In this document: one piece after another, positions 46,080-59,775 of the stretch
Numbering within the stretch: position 1 is the first letter of the stretch
How the letters are laid out: each line of letters begins with the position of its first letter
Assembly (NCBI GenBank): GCA_964270895.1
Contig: OZ185449.1
Origin: Podarcis filfolensis
Lineage: Eukaryota
Length of the DNA stretch: 64,000 nt
Strand: one strand, 5' to 3'
Notes under the pieces: generated by a model
Told to the model about the DNA's origin: nothing
Database searches by the model: none
What the model saw: only the letters and a program-made list of their open reading frames with translations
Position numbers and translations under genes: made by a program

Positions 46080-48955
46080 CCTTATACTGAATCAGCTACA
46101 CTAACTGGCAGAAGCTTCTCCAAGGTTTCAAGAAAGGGACATTCTTAGCTGTACCTGAAGATGCCAGGGATTGGACCTAGGACATTCTGCATGCAAAGCA
46201 ATTCCTCTACCACTGGGCTACAACCCTCCCCCAAGTAGTATCAATCTGCCTGGATTCATGCCAAAACATCGAAGGCTAGTATTTGACCCCAGTATAGTGT
46301 TTTCGTTGAAGAGTAGAATCAATGCAAAATTGTACAACGTAATAGCGACACCTCCCATCCTTTTCTCACAGCTTCGAGAAAGAAAAAGATTGCCACACAA
46401 TATCCAAGAGACTATCGCCAGTCTGTAATCACTTCCACATTAACTGAGAAGCTGGAAGATTGATGAGGTACTTTAAGGTCAATTGGTTTCCTTCTTTCTT
46501 CCCTTCTTTTTTTTCTTTTTTTTTAATTGCAGTTACTTTAATCAGCCTGGTTTGTTTTAAATAAGAGGCTGTAAGAGAGATGTGAATCACAGAATATCTC
46601 AGTCAATTTGCTCACTTTTGAAGGCTGACTTTGGGGGGAGATAATCCACAGATGGCTGTGCCAACTGACTGCCATCATCACCAACCCTCAGAGTACGAGG
46701 CCCACCAGCAACCTTTTCAAAGGGCCTTGAGATGAACACAGCACCTTGAGGTGCAGCAATGTACAACAGTTAATCTGAGATGGAACAAAGCCTCTTCTCA
46801 GGCTTGTCTTAATAATCTATTTTTTGTTTGTTAAAAAGAAATGCAAATTAGGATGGGAAGGGAGATCAGGAGGAGGAGGAGGAGGAGGAGGAGGAAAGAG
46901 AAGGTGAAGAGATGAGAAGTTAAAACAAGTGTTGTAAAGTGATGCTCTCCAGATGTTGCTGGACCATGAATCTGAACATCTGGGACCCACTCAGCAGGCA
47001 TTATAATTTATGTTTAAATTTATAGTTTTAACTTTTTGTTTTTTTATTTGCATTCCCTCTTTGTAAACTGCTTAGAGACTACTATAGTGAAGTGGTTATA
47101 TGAATTGTTCATCATCATCATCATCCCTGACTAGCCTACATGGGACTGATGAGAGTGGGTGTCCAACAACATCTAGAAAGGAACAAGTTAGCTGCTGAGA
47201 GGCTTGGGAGAAGAGAGATGCTTTCAGATGCTAAGTAAATGCCTGGAGGGAGACAGACAGATGTTAGGGGCAAGTGAAATCCAGGGTGCATCAGCATGAT
47301 AATCTATCATGGACCCGGTGCTGCTCAGGCATACAGGTTTTTCACAGCATCTGCACAATGTGGTCCACATCCAAATACCATCCCACATTCTCTTCCCATT
47401 TTATCCAGATCTTCCAATTCAACAACAACAACAACAACAACTGTGAAGTTAATTCACCCCCCTATAAATATTACATCTGGATTATATGGAATGGCATTTT
47501 GATAAGGTTTATGTTGCATGGATGCCACAATAAACCCTTGTTTGCAGAAATTGCAGTGTGAAAGCAATCCCAGAGAAAGGGAGAAAGGGAGAAATGAAAG
47601 ACAGAACTCAGGAAACAGAAGTATCAATCCAGAAGGCAAATAGAACTAGGAAGACCAATGAGTATGTGTTATATCCAGTGCTTTTTTCTGGGGGTACGCA
47701 GGGGTACGCATACCCCTAAACATTTTGTGAATCTAAGTTTGGCCTCGTTGAGGGGCAGTATTTCAATATGAGTAGGAAAATGAGAGTACCCCTAAACATT
47801 TTTTTATATCTAAATAAATTCTACGCAGAATAGACCCATTAACATTAATGAACCTAAATTAGTCATGTGCATTAATGCCAACGGGTCTACTCTGAGTAGG
47901 GTTAACATTGGATTCAACCCTGTTTGTGTATTTATTTAAGTGTTGTGTCAAAAAATTCTTCTCTCAGTGTGTATGTGTGTTTGTTTTTTACTATTCTCTA
48001 TCAATGAATGAAAAAACAAATTGCATCCAAAAATTACTAAAGGGTGGGGGAGAGAATGGTGGATTTATCAGGGGTGGGATGCATGATTTTAGTTGTACTT
48101 GTTTTACTCTGCAAGTAAAGCAAGTTCATTTTCCTCAATTCCTGTGCTTCCCGAAACCCCATATGGCATATTTTGGTTGGGCCCTCCGAGATTTGTAAGA
48201 AGACGTTCGACCATACACTTGGCAGTTGTTCCTTTTTGGGGGACGGGGGACAACCTGTGTGTGTGTATGTGTGCGTGCTTGCGTGTGTGCGTGTGTGCGT
48301 GTTTGCTTTTGAAGAAATCAGAGACTGTAGGGAAGGTTTTAGCAGAGCACTAATTTATTTATTATAACTATATTGCACTTTTCAGTCAAGATTAATGAGA
48401 CTGGCTCCCAGTGAGGAAAGTAGTCTGTGATAAATGTTAAAAGATAGAATTATAGGATTAAGGGGACAGAGATAAAGGGAGAGAAGAGAAGTGGACCTGA
48501 AATAGGCTCATGTTTACTCTCCCAGGCATTTGAGCAACCATACCTTCTTGGTTTGATAGCTATTTTAGATTGTTGGTTGAGGGAGAATATTCTTGTTTAA
48601 GAATGGCTATTGTGGATGGCCGCTTTTAGTGGGTAGTCTTTTTAAATGTATCTGCTGATGTTGTTATGTGTTATATGCATGTATTTTACATTTATTGTAA
48701 GTTGTTTCAACAGTTCCTTGCTTGTGGGGCGTGATCTTGGATCCCCCTTATCACTGCTGCCCCAGATGAAGTGATCTAAAAGTGAAGGCCAGCTTAGGTT
48801 AAATGAAGCACCAAATATCTTCAGTACCCTGCCTCCATGTTATTCAACTTCTGAACACTTTAAAAGAAATCCATTTGTAGCTCATTTCACACTATTGACT
48901 TAAACATTGTAAATTATATGAATGACTTATTATTGTTTATCTTTGTGGTATAAGG

Positions 48956-49320
48956 CAGTGGTGTTCAACCAGAATGCCATGGCACCCTGGGGTGCCTTGA
49001 ATTGGTCAGGGGTGCCACGGGCAACACTGGCCTCTATACCTCTTTTCTTCCCTCCCTCCTGATGCCCTCTCATGTCTCTGCCTCACCAAGGCTTGCACAG
49101 CTTTCTGTTGCAGGAGCCTGGGTATAAGCTTGACAGGTGAATGGTGCCTCTGGGGGCATCTCTCTTTGGGGTGGCGGGGGGCGGGAAGCTCAGAGACAAA
49201 GGACAGCAGCAGCTGCTGCCCAGAAGACTCCCAAGGAGAGAGGAGAGGAAAGTAGGCTGGGGGAACACTCCGCAAGGGAGAGTAAGAGAGCCATGGATTC
49301 AAAAAGGTTGAAAACCTTTG
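48956..49320. mobile_element. hAT (Charlie-like) MITE
   Basis: TIR CAGTGGTGTTCAACC / GGTTGAAAACCTTTG; TSD GTATAAGG/GAATAAGG. Confidence 0.8.
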
Positions 49321-50348
49321 GAATAAGGCAATAAATTTATAGTATAATGCAATAAACGTGCATCACAATCACTGACATACACACTGTAAACTGAATGGTT
49401 TCTGATGTTACACATTTTCCTCCAAGTAAAACAGCAACAAACCCCTCATAGTTAATGGCCACACAAGGCAATGTTGCATTACCATTCAAAATGAAATGTT
49501 TGTACTGTTTATTTTAGTGGGGAGTGAAGCAAATAGCCCATGGTATGTGTGGTTCCCTGGCTGTCAGGATCCTGTCCAAAGGTACATGAACAAGGCATGA
49601 AGCCTATAACTGAATGGAAGCTTTGAATATATCCCAACAGTTGATACACCCCTCCTGCCAAGCTTTTAAATACAAGGTGGGTGGAGCTCACTCACAAGAT
49701 TCTCACCCTACAGTTTTGCCATGTGCACATGTGCTGTCCAGATGGGTATGTCTGATCCCAGCTATGAAGATGGTACCTGGATCTCATTCATAAGACTGTG
49801 CCCCATTCCTCTGCTTCCAGGTCCATCACCACCACCTCCTATTCAGCCCTCTACCTCTGACTGGTTGAAGTCCTCATCCCTACCTGATGAGGCTCTGTGC
49901 TCTGCAAAAGGTTCTGTGGAGAGAGCTGACAGTTGAGCTTCCTTCTGTCTGATACCTAGAGTCACATGGGGAGAACCCCCCTCTTCATCCCTGCATGCCA
50001 GCCATCAGCCCACCATCTGCTGCTTCTCCTTCTTCCTCATGCCAGATTCCCGTAACGGTAAGGGGCCCATTACACTGGGTCACCTACACATAGATTCAGC
50101 CCTGGCTAAAGGTACCAACAATCATATCAGGTCCCCAGCCTAGCAATGGGAACCATCCACACTGCCCAAATGATTCAGTGCAAGTTGGATACTCTGTTGT
50201 TCGATTCAGCCAGAGGATCTATGCAGAGGAGCCTGCTTCCCTGATGGGATCATGGAAAATATATTCTAATGCGCATTAGCATCACAACCCTTTGGCAGCT
50301 CCTCCTATACGTGTCTCCCAATTAGGGACTAGGGAGAAACTCACTTCA

Positions 50349-52586
50349 TTTTTTTAATAAAAAAAATAAAATTATATTTTCATTAATAACAAATTAATAT
50401 TTCAAACACTAAAAAGTCATTGTTGCATGTTAAACCCCGATTAACCTCCCCCTCTTTCTGCAGTTCCTTAAATTTGCTCTCTTTTTTCTTGCATTTCCCA
50501 ATTAAAACTATTTATACTTTTTATCATCTATTTCATATGTGTTTTAGCAGCTGCACATTTTTACAATAATCCTGCTAACGTCTTAATTTGTTTGCAATTT
50601 GTTTGTAAATATTCAATAAAATATTTCCATTCCCAGTTAAAGAGTTTGTTGTCTTGGTTTCTTATTCTTTTGGTAAACTTCACCATTTCTGCAAAGTCCA
50701 TTAATTTCTGTAGCTATTCTTCTCTCGTCAGGACTTCTTATTTCCATCTTTGGGCAAATACCATTCTTGCAGCTGTGGTTGCATACATAAATAAATTTCT
50801 ATATTGTTTAGGTACCTCTGATCCCATAATTCCCAAAAGAAAAGTTTCTTGCGGGTTTTTTTAACACACATTATCTTAAACATCTTTTTCAATTCATTAT
50901 AGGCCAGTAGGCTTTAGCTTTATTACAAGACCAACACATATGAAAAAATTACCTTCTTTCTCTTTGCATTTCCAATACTTATTCGATTTCAATTTATACA
51001 TTTTTTACTAATCTGGTAGGTGTTAGATACCATCTATATAACATATTCATATAATTTTCTCTTAAACCATAATATGCTGTAAATTTTATATTCATATTCC
51101 ACAGTCGTTCCCATGCCTTCATTTCTATATTGTGACCAATATCTATTGCCCAAAGTATCTTTGATGATTTCACTTGTTCGTCTTTTGTCTCCCATTCTAG
51201 TAGAAACTTACACATTTTAGACATCATTTTAACATTACAATCAGGTCTCTCTCTAATTGAGATACTCCTCCTGCAAACCCCCATTTCTTATCCTTTATAA
51301 ATACTTCGTTTAAATGAGGATATTGTATTCATGTTGTTAACATTGCTGATAAGTCCTTAAACTCTTTTAATTTAAATTCTCCACCCTCCTTTAACAGATT
51401 TCTATAAGTTACCCAGTTTTCCATCATATTCTTCTTCTTCACCCCTATAGCTTCTACTGGTAAAAGCCAAAGTGGGTTTTTTATATTTGTCCCAAACTCT
51501 ATACAAATTTTTCCCAATTATATGGCTTGTAAATCCTTTACAAGCTTTTCATACCACAAATACATGTGCTAGCCAAATATATTATCATGACCTTCTAAGT
51601 CTAAGATATACAAATTCTTCAATGACAACCATTCCTTCAACCAGCACATACAGGAAGCTTCATAATATAATCTCATATCTGGAAGGGAAAAACTTCTCTC
51701 TTTAGCATCTATCAGTATTTTATCATTTACCGGTATTCTCTGTTTTTTCCCTTGCCAGATATATTTAGAAATATCTTTTTGCCATTTCTGGAAGCAATCT
51801 GTCTTGCCAATCACTGGTATTGATTGAAATAGAAATAACATCCCTGGTAATGCATTCATTTTAATGGCTGACACTCTACCTAACAATGAAAGTTTCATCC
51901 TATCCCATATTTGCAAGTTTCTTTTAATATCCTCCCAAGTTTTCAAATAATCAACTTTACACAAATTGATATACTTTGTTGTTAACCATACAGTGGTACC
52001 TCTGGTTACGTACTTAATTTGTTCCGGAGGTCCGTTCTTAACCTGAAACTATTCTTAACCTGAAGCACCACTTTAGCTAATGGGGCCTCCTGCTGCTGCC
52101 ACGCCACTGCCACACAATTTCTGTTCTCATCCTGAAGCAAAGTTCTTAACCCGAGGTACTATTTCTGGGTTAGCAGAGTCTGTAACCTGAAGCGTATGTA
52201 ACCCGAGGTACCACTGTACTCCTAAATATTTAATCTTTTTTTCAATCTTTAAACCGGATATAACTTGTAGTTTAATCTTAACATCATCTTTAATATTTTT
52301 TACCAGGAGCTTGGTTTTATTTTTATTTATTTTAAGACCAGCTACTTCTCAAAAAAAACAAAAAAACCCGACTCTGCTGGATCTGCTGTAGATATCACCG
52401 CATCATCTGCAAATGCTTTTAGTTTGTACTCTCTTTGTCCCACCCTTATTCCTTTAATATCCTGATTACATCTTATTCTTTGCACTAAAACTTCTAAAAC
52501 TACTATAAACAATGAAGGTGACAATGGACAGCCTTGTCTAGTTCCTTTTGTTATTTTTAAATTCTCACTCAACATTATTTACTATC
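50349..52586 (-). mobile_element. 5'-truncated L1-clade LINE, ORF2 RT to C-terminus, decayed
   Basis: KGTRQGCPLSPSLF...YKLKAFADD; KYLG; LSLLGRVSAIKMNALP; perfect 14-bp TSD AGAAACTCACTTCA (50335-50348, 52587-52600); A-rich tail. Confidence 0.92.
51991..52216. mobile_element. Tigger/pogo-type MITE inserted in L1, same family as 28353
   Basis: TIR CAGTGGTACCTC / GAGGTACCACTG with TA TSD; it splits the L1 KYLG-VWLT motif. Confidence 0.92.
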
Positions 52587-53093
52587 AGAAACTCACTTCA
52601 ATTCACATTTAAAGTTAAGCTCACCTAATCTGCATCATCCATCCTTTGCACTCTAACAAAGAAAATGGGGAAAAGATTTGATTCCTTTCTTGTATAAAGA
52701 CGAACCTACCTAATTCATATTTTTTGAAACAATATGTAAACTGAAACACAGACATCCTCCAAAATCGGCACTTCTAATTTTGCAACAGAGTTCTCCAGTA
52801 GTGTACTAAAATGAATATACTAGGCTGAAATGTGCATAAGAAATACATGTATTTGCAACAATAACACACAAATAATGAATCGTATTAGAGGAAATTGCAT
52901 TGTAATGATGTGTGCACATGAACATGTATGTCAATAGTCCTTTTTGTACTCATCCTTTGAGAAGGGTAAGATTTGTTCCTTGAAATGTATTTTTGATGAG
53001 TATTTTAGGGTTTTCTTCTTTATTTTTGTTTTTACATATGGTTTTAATGTTACTGTGATTCTTTTTTTTCCTGCAAATCACTTTGAGACACCT

Positions 53094-53248
53094 CAGGGGT
53101 GCCCAAACTTTTTTCAAAGTTTTTTTTGGGAATGAACTTGTTGAGCTTTTTGTAGGATTTGACCCCAATAAATAAACTGCCACAGGGACCAAATAAAAAC
53201 AGCCAGAGGGACGAATTAGGCCCCTGAAACAGACTTTGGTCATGCCTG
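53094..53248. mobile_element. hAT-type MITE nested in the AT-rich repeat
   Basis: CAGGGGTGCCCAAACT / ACTTTGGTCATGCCTG termini; no clear TSD. Confidence 0.55.
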
Positions 53249-54055
53249 CCTTAGTGCAAACATGTGACCAGAAAATAACAACACTAAAACAACACCCGCA
53301 AAATGCAGAGAAATTTGCACTGTGGTGCTGATGAGTTTTCTTTTTAAAAAAAATCACAAGCTGTTGCATAATGTGAAGTACTAAACTTAAGATTAGAAAA
53401 ATGAGAATCTTAAGAGGGCTGAGAACGGACACATTCATCCAATGCCAACTCTAAGCTGCTACCAGGTCCCTTTCCCACATATTTCAAGTCTGCTTGTGTG
53501 TACTTGTTTGCAAAGGGCTTCAGTGTGACCTCCGAGTCAGGAGGACATGCCAAGCGAAGAAAGCTGTTAGTAAATCAATCCTAAAGTGATTTATTTTCCA
53601 AGTGACAGATACCAAGCAGGCAGTGTATATTTATCATTTGGACAAGGGCTTAATAAAGATAAATTCAAAGGACGAAACTCTGGAAGCTCATGCTTTGAAA
53701 ACAGCCAGATGCCAAAACATACTTCTTTGATAATTAGCCAGCATTCATACATAATTTCAAGAGGTGTAGCTCAGTACTATAATTTGGACATTGAATTCTC
53801 CAGTAAATGGTCTGTCTAGCTGGCACAGTAGCTCTCCAGAGTTCTAGACAAGGGATATTCCGTCCTACCTGGTGATAATGGAGATGGAAGCTAGAACCTT
53901 CTGAATGCATATCGGATGCTCTAATGCTGAGCTATGGCTCTTATCCCTGGTTTGGGAAAGGACCTGCCAGGAGGACATCTCCTGATCTGAGAACACAATA
54001 TGCAGATTAAGGTGTTCTGTTGCAACTGTTCCTCACGGAGAAAATTCCACACCTA

Positions 54056-54631
54056 ATAATAATAATAATAATAATTTTATTATGTATATGCTGCCCATCT
54101 AACTTGGTTGTCACTTTGGGCAGATTCCAACAACATTTGGGCACAACAAGATTTGGGCACAACAAAACATCAACCATTCAAAATTTCCCTGAACAGGGCT
54201 GCCTTCAGATGTCTTCTAAAAGTCAAATAGTTGTTTATCTGGCTGACATCTGGCAAGAGGGCATTCCACAGGGCGGGCACCACTATCAAGAAGACCCGCT
54301 ACCCAGTTCCTTGTAGCTTCACATCTCACAGTGAGGGAACCGTCAGAAGGCCCTTGGAGCTGAACCTCAGTGTCCAAGCTGGATGGTGAGGTAGAGACGC
54401 TCCGTCAGGTATACAGGATCAAGGCCATTTAGGACTTTAAAGGTCAACACTAATACTTTGATTTGTGCTCAGAAGCATACTGGAAACCAGTATAGATCCT
54501 TTAGGACCAGTGTTATATGGTCCCAGCTGCTGCTTACAGTCACCAGTCTAGCTGATGCATTCTGGATTAGTTGTGGTTTCTGAATCACCTTCAAAGGTAG
54601 CCCCACGTAGAGCACATTGCAGTAGTCCAAG
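54056..54631 (-). mobile_element. 5'-truncated L2 LINE, same family as 37811
   Basis: Reverse complement aligns from TTGGACTACTGCAATG through AAGGCAGCCCTGTT to an (ATT)n tail. Confidence 0.9.
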
Positions 54632-54733
54632 TGGACTTGCTTTTTTATGAAAAAGAGAGTAGGCGGTTGTTAGCACACACCTGAAAGTATGTGCTTAATG
54701 CAACATGTAGTTCAACCCTAGATTTGTTTACAT

Positions 54734-54970
54734 CAGGGGTCGGCAACCTGCGGCCCATGGGCCACAAGCGGCCCACAGGGATCGTTTAAACGGCCCACGA
54801 GCTGCCCCCAAATCAATCTATCGCTCAGCGAGTTGCTTCTGCAGCACAGGAAATCGTGTCTGCGCATGCACAGATGCCAGAAATCGTGTCTGCACAGACA
54901 CAATTCGACCCACGGAGCGATCTCCATGGGAGTGAACCAGCCCAGGCGAGATAAACCTTGCCGATCCCTG
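54734..54970. mobile_element. Young hAT MITE
   Basis: TIR CAGGGGTCGGCAA / TTGCCGATCCCTG; perfect TSD GTTTACAT (54726-54733, 54971-54978). Confidence 0.92.
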
Positions 54971-55906
54971 GTTTACATACAAGTTATCACTGGAAACCTA
55001 AGAGACTGCAAAAAATCCTGAATTGTTTTCAAGTAGAGTTGACGGTGGAGCTTCTTTCTTTAACCAATACACCAAAACCAGACATGCAAATCTGAGCTGC
55101 TGAGTCTACAGTCATCCCGAGTTGCTCCAGTCAGGATCAGAAACAAAGAGAATGCATTAAAGCTGATCAGGCAAAGCAAAAAAATACCTTGCCTTGTGTA
55201 TATACACAAGTAAGGAGATGAATCACTTGCACCCCTCGGGAACACAAATCCAGTCTTGTCAATATGACAGAGAAGCAGGTGTTGGGTGCTTCAAAGCTAC
55301 TCTTTAAACACACAAGTTTGCTTTTTCAGCACTTCAGAGAGGTGTAGGCTGAGAAAAGACAAGCACTCACAGGAACATAAGCGCTTGTGAGATACCCACA
55401 TTTAATGATGAATAGTTGGGTGGGTGGGTGTCCCCACAACAGCTTATGTGGAACTGATCTCTATGTAAGCCAAACAATAATTGGAGGGCAGTGCAGAAAA
55501 GGTTCCTCTCCTACTTGTGTTCTAAGGCAGGCTAGCTGGACAGAGAAGGTGAAAAGTTCCATGGGGCTAGTTTCTGCATCTTGAACCTAATGGTCAAACG
55601 AGATGTTACTCTAATTGGCAACTACATCTGGGAATTTTTAATAATGATAATCCTAGGGGGTGGCTGGTTATCACTGGGACCAAAGCATGTGGAAAGGTGA
55701 GTTTTAAGCCTTCCCTGCCTGGCTGTATTTTAAAAAGAAGCACGGTTCAAGTGGTACAATTAGTATCAGAAATGTCAAGATGAGCTCCTCCTACATTATA
55801 GCATAGGTTGTTAGTTTTCATTAGTATCACAGCTGAAAAGGACTAAACCTCCCTTTCCTGGCATGCTGTGGACCCAATGAAAACCAATCACCCCCTGGAC
55901 TCCTAG

Positions 55907-56070
55907 CAGAGGTGGATTTAGGGGAGTGTGATTGGTTCAGTCACACTGGGCACAGAGCCTATGGGGCACCACAACTATTATGTAGAATGGAATACAAGAG
56001 GCAGGGAGGTGTCAATTTTTGGTGTTGCACAGGGTGCCACTGAAATTTGAGACCCTAAGATCCACCACTG
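55907..56070. mobile_element. hAT-type MITE
   Basis: CAGAGGTGGAT / ATCCACCACTG inverted ends; TSD not evident. Confidence 0.55.
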
Positions 56071-57852
56071 CAGATGTGGGAGGAGAATAAATCACTTTAT
56101 TTGCATTTAACGTCTACCCTACATAGTTCACACTTCCTGAAACATTACATGAACACAGCCATCCTTTGAAACTTGGGCTTATCCAAATCTTGCAAAGCAA
56201 TTCTCCAGCCAAGCAATGTGTTAAAAAAAAAAAGGAATATGTTTGTGAAAGTAAGATACCAACACACACACACACACTTAAATCCGTGTTACTGTTTTAT
56301 AATTAGTGACATGAGGTGGAAAAGTTGATTCAGTTCATGCTTAGAGTGGAACTTACGTAAATTGCATTTTTCGATACAATACGCAAACTGAAACACAGCC
56401 ATCCTTTCAAATTTGCACTTCTGTGAATTCTACAATGCAGTACTCCATTTGAGTAATGTGTACAAAAAAATGCATACGCTTGGGTAAAGTGGGCAGAAAG
56501 GCGTATATAAGTAAAAATAACATAGAAACATTAATTATCTTTGCAGAAACTGCTTTGCAAATGTGTGTATTAGGCAAAATTGCATACCAACATGTGTATT
56601 AGAAAGAGTTCACATTAAAATGCTGAGCAATTTTCACGATGACTTAAAAAACAATTATCCCAGATTGATGTGGAAATGTGGAGAGTGAACTTAAGTTGTG
56701 AAAAAATGAGAAACTGAGAGACACCGGAAAGAACAGCTTCATCCATCTGCATCTAGGCCTTTTGGGGAGTGAGCAGATAACAACCCAGACATAATTGCTA
56801 ACTATTGCATAACATGTAGTTTGGGCCTAAATTCGGGTTTGGTTGTTTGGTTGTTTGATTTGGTTGGGGGTTGTTTTTTTAATAATTCAGAAGTGTGTCC
56901 TACAGAATTGTGGAGATTTCTGTCTGAGCAGATATGCTTAGGGCTGCAGCCTAAATCAAGCCTCTGCAAATGACACACGGCCCACAGTTTGCTGTTATTA
57001 AAAACCAAGAAACTGCTTTTAAGTTCTTTTTAACACAATCATTTCTGCGACTTCATTGAGCTGTGACAGCCCTCCCGCAGGTGATTTAGCCAGGGGATAC
57101 CTCTCCACCCTGCAAAACCTTTCATTTTGCTAACCCTTTTAGCACCTCTCTTGATGTGACAAGTGATAAGGGGCCTCATCCGTCTGCTGTGTTAGTGTGT
57201 GTGGAGGGGTGATGGGTGGAGGGGTGTGTGTGGAGCCAGAGAAAACCTGCACGAAGCCCAGAGGGACATGCAACAAATCATCAGAGATTTTAATAGCTAG
57301 GAAAATAGAAGCTGCAAAATATTGTCATTCTAGATGTAAAGAAAATGAATATTTTTATAATGTCACATTTCCGCCATAGGGAATTACAATTTATTGCCTC
57401 CTCCTGTTCTAATATCCAAAACAGGGATATTTTATGAAAATTGGAAGATCACTACACTGGCATGCTTCTGAAAAGTCACTCTGAGGTAGCCCGTAAACTA
57501 CCCCTGGCACTTAGAGTAGCTTAATCAGGGTAGTGTAACCAAATGGATCACCATCAGCACCCAATTATTATTAATAATAGTTTATTAATTGTCTTCTGCA
57601 CAATTGTCTCAGGACAATGTACAATAGAAGCAGCAGAAAAACCAGTTAAAAAACATAAACAGCAGATCCATTTAAAAACAAAAACAACACAATACAAAAT
57701 AAGCACTCAAGGTAGAGACGCATTTATATAACTGGGAAAACCCGTTGGAACAAAAATGTCTTCAACTGTTTTTTGAAGGTGCAGATAGTGGCTGCCTGTC
57801 ATACAGAGTTTACTCAGAGCTTCAGAATATAGAGCTTACCAAGACCATGAGG

Positions 57853-58125
57853 TAGGATTGACATATGTCCGCAATCTCCCAGACATAGCCGGAAAACTAC
57901 AGTCAGAAGCAGTGTCCGGGCAGAAATCGCAGAAATGTCCAGGGAAATCTGGACATATGGCAACCAGTGTTGGAAGTAGCTTAAAAATACTCAAAAAAGC
58001 TCAAAAACTTCCTTTTTTGATATTTTGCCCCCCCCCCCAAAAAAAAGTGCTCAACAACTTTGCCCAAAAAAAAGCTCAAAAACTTTCATGCTCGGATTTT
58101 CACTTTTTGAAATATGGCAAACCTA
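57853..58125. mobile_element. hAT MITE (TAGGGTTGCCA-type termini)
   Basis: TAGGATTGACATAT / ATATGGCAAACCTA; perfect TSD CCATGAGG (57845-57852, 58126-58133). Confidence 0.85.
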
Positions 58126-58213
58126 CCATGAGGACACATCCCTAGCCAAAGGAATTGCAACCTGCAATTCAGCATGGAGGACAACACAGGGAAACAAACT
58201 TAATCACACAGAC

Positions 58214-58324
58214 TTTTCTCATCCTGAAGCAAAGTTCTTAACTCAAGGTACTATTTCTGGGTTAGCAGAGTCTGTAACCTGAAGCGTCTGTAACCTGAAG
58301 CGTCTGTAACCCGAGGTACCACTG
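58214..58324. mobile_element. Right half only of the Tigger-type MITE
   Basis: Matches the 3' half of 28353 and 51991, ending GAGGTACCACTG+TA; left TIR absent. Confidence 0.85.
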
Positions 58325-58841
58325 TATTGCCGTATTTGGTGGCAGCAACTTTCATAGTCCACCCAACCTTGCTGCGACCAATGGAAGCTGTAGCCCAAAG
58401 CACCTATAGTCCAAAGCAGTAGGTTGATGAAGGCTGAACTATGTGTTTTGTGAAGTTGTACTTCCTTTTGTATGTTCTGAAACTTCCACCATTCAGCTGG
58501 TGTGGGGGTGACTTTCTCTCCATCTGCTTTTATCACATCACATGCAACTAAAGGGGTAGAAATACCGACCTGAGTTGTGCAGGTTTCCTGGTGAATAAAT
58601 TGAGAAGATGCAAGCAGAAACAGCAGGCACACAGTTGAGCAGGCTAAGCAATATAGTCTTATTAAGGTCTACTCAGAAGGAAGCCCCACTGAGTTAAACA
58701 GGACTTACTCCCATGTGAATGTTCATAGGCTGGGAGCCTTGAAATGAAGAAAGGAGCATAGATTGAGGCAGGAATTGGTGCCTGAGTGGTAAAACAAGGC
58801 TTTTATTGTCCCTTGTGTAGCTGAGTTCCATTTGGACTCAC

Positions 58842-59420
58842 AGGAACATACGAACCACCTGCTGGACCAGGCTAATGGTCCCATCTAGTCCACCATCCTG
58901 TTCTCACAGTTGCCAAGCAGGACCCAAGCAAAAGTGCACTCCCCTGCTCTGTTATGGTTTCCAGCCACTGGTCTTCAGCAGCATTACTGCCACCAACTAT
59001 AGAGACAGAGTATAGCCCTCATGGCCAGTAGCTGTTGATTGAATGTCCACAAGTTCTAATGGTTTAGGAGATGGAGATAGAGAAAAGCTTTTCTCTACCC
59101 ACTTTCTCAAAGATTTGCATAATTTTATAAACTTATTTCATGTCTGTCTTGTCCTTTCTCTAAACTCAAAGTCCGAAACACTGCAACCTTTCCTCAGGGC
59201 AAATTGCTCCAAGCCCTCAATAATTTTGGTTGCCTTTTTCTGATTTTTTCCCCCTGGTCTACAGTAGCACTTTTGAGGTGAGACAACCAGAACTGTACAT
59301 AGCTTTGCTCCACTTTAGAGAGCAAAATACCTCGGGTCCTTACTGAGTGGCTGACTGCATGCATTACATTCAGAAGTTCAGTGCCCAACATGATCCAGTT
59401 AAAAGGATCCCAGGGAGCAG
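58842..59420 (-). mobile_element. CR1 LINE 3' region
   Basis: LEQSYVQFWLSHLK (compare LEYCVQFWSPHLK) and a CR1 3' UTR (CTGTGAGAACAGGATGGTGGACTAGATGGG). Confidence 0.75.
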
Positions 59421-59464
59421 TATTAGGAAAAAAATTACTGCTGAGGTCTTGGTAAGCCACTACC

Positions 59465-59622
59465 CATCAGAGTGGTGAATACTAATACTAATACTAATTT
59501 ATTATTTATACCCCACCCATCTGGCTGGGTTTCCCCAGCCACTCTGGGTGGCTTCCAACAAAAGATTAAGATACAATAATTCATCAAATATAATAAATAA
59601 TTCATCAAAACTTCCCTAAACA
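59465..59622 (-). mobile_element. Very short L2 3' tail
   Basis: Reverse complement GAGTGGCTGGGGAAACCCAGCCAGATGGGTGGGGTATAAATAA matches the tail that begins at ~38298. Confidence 0.7.
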
Positions 59623-59775
59623 CTGGATTATTTGAACTAATTGTCTGACTCAATAGTGCTAGGTCACTCCATATCCACCTCCATGGGATGTTGACACATC
59701 CTCAGCTGAAGTTCTGGACAAGGACAGGCTCTGCATGCAAATCAGGGCCACTGTCTTTTGTCTACAACTTGTATA

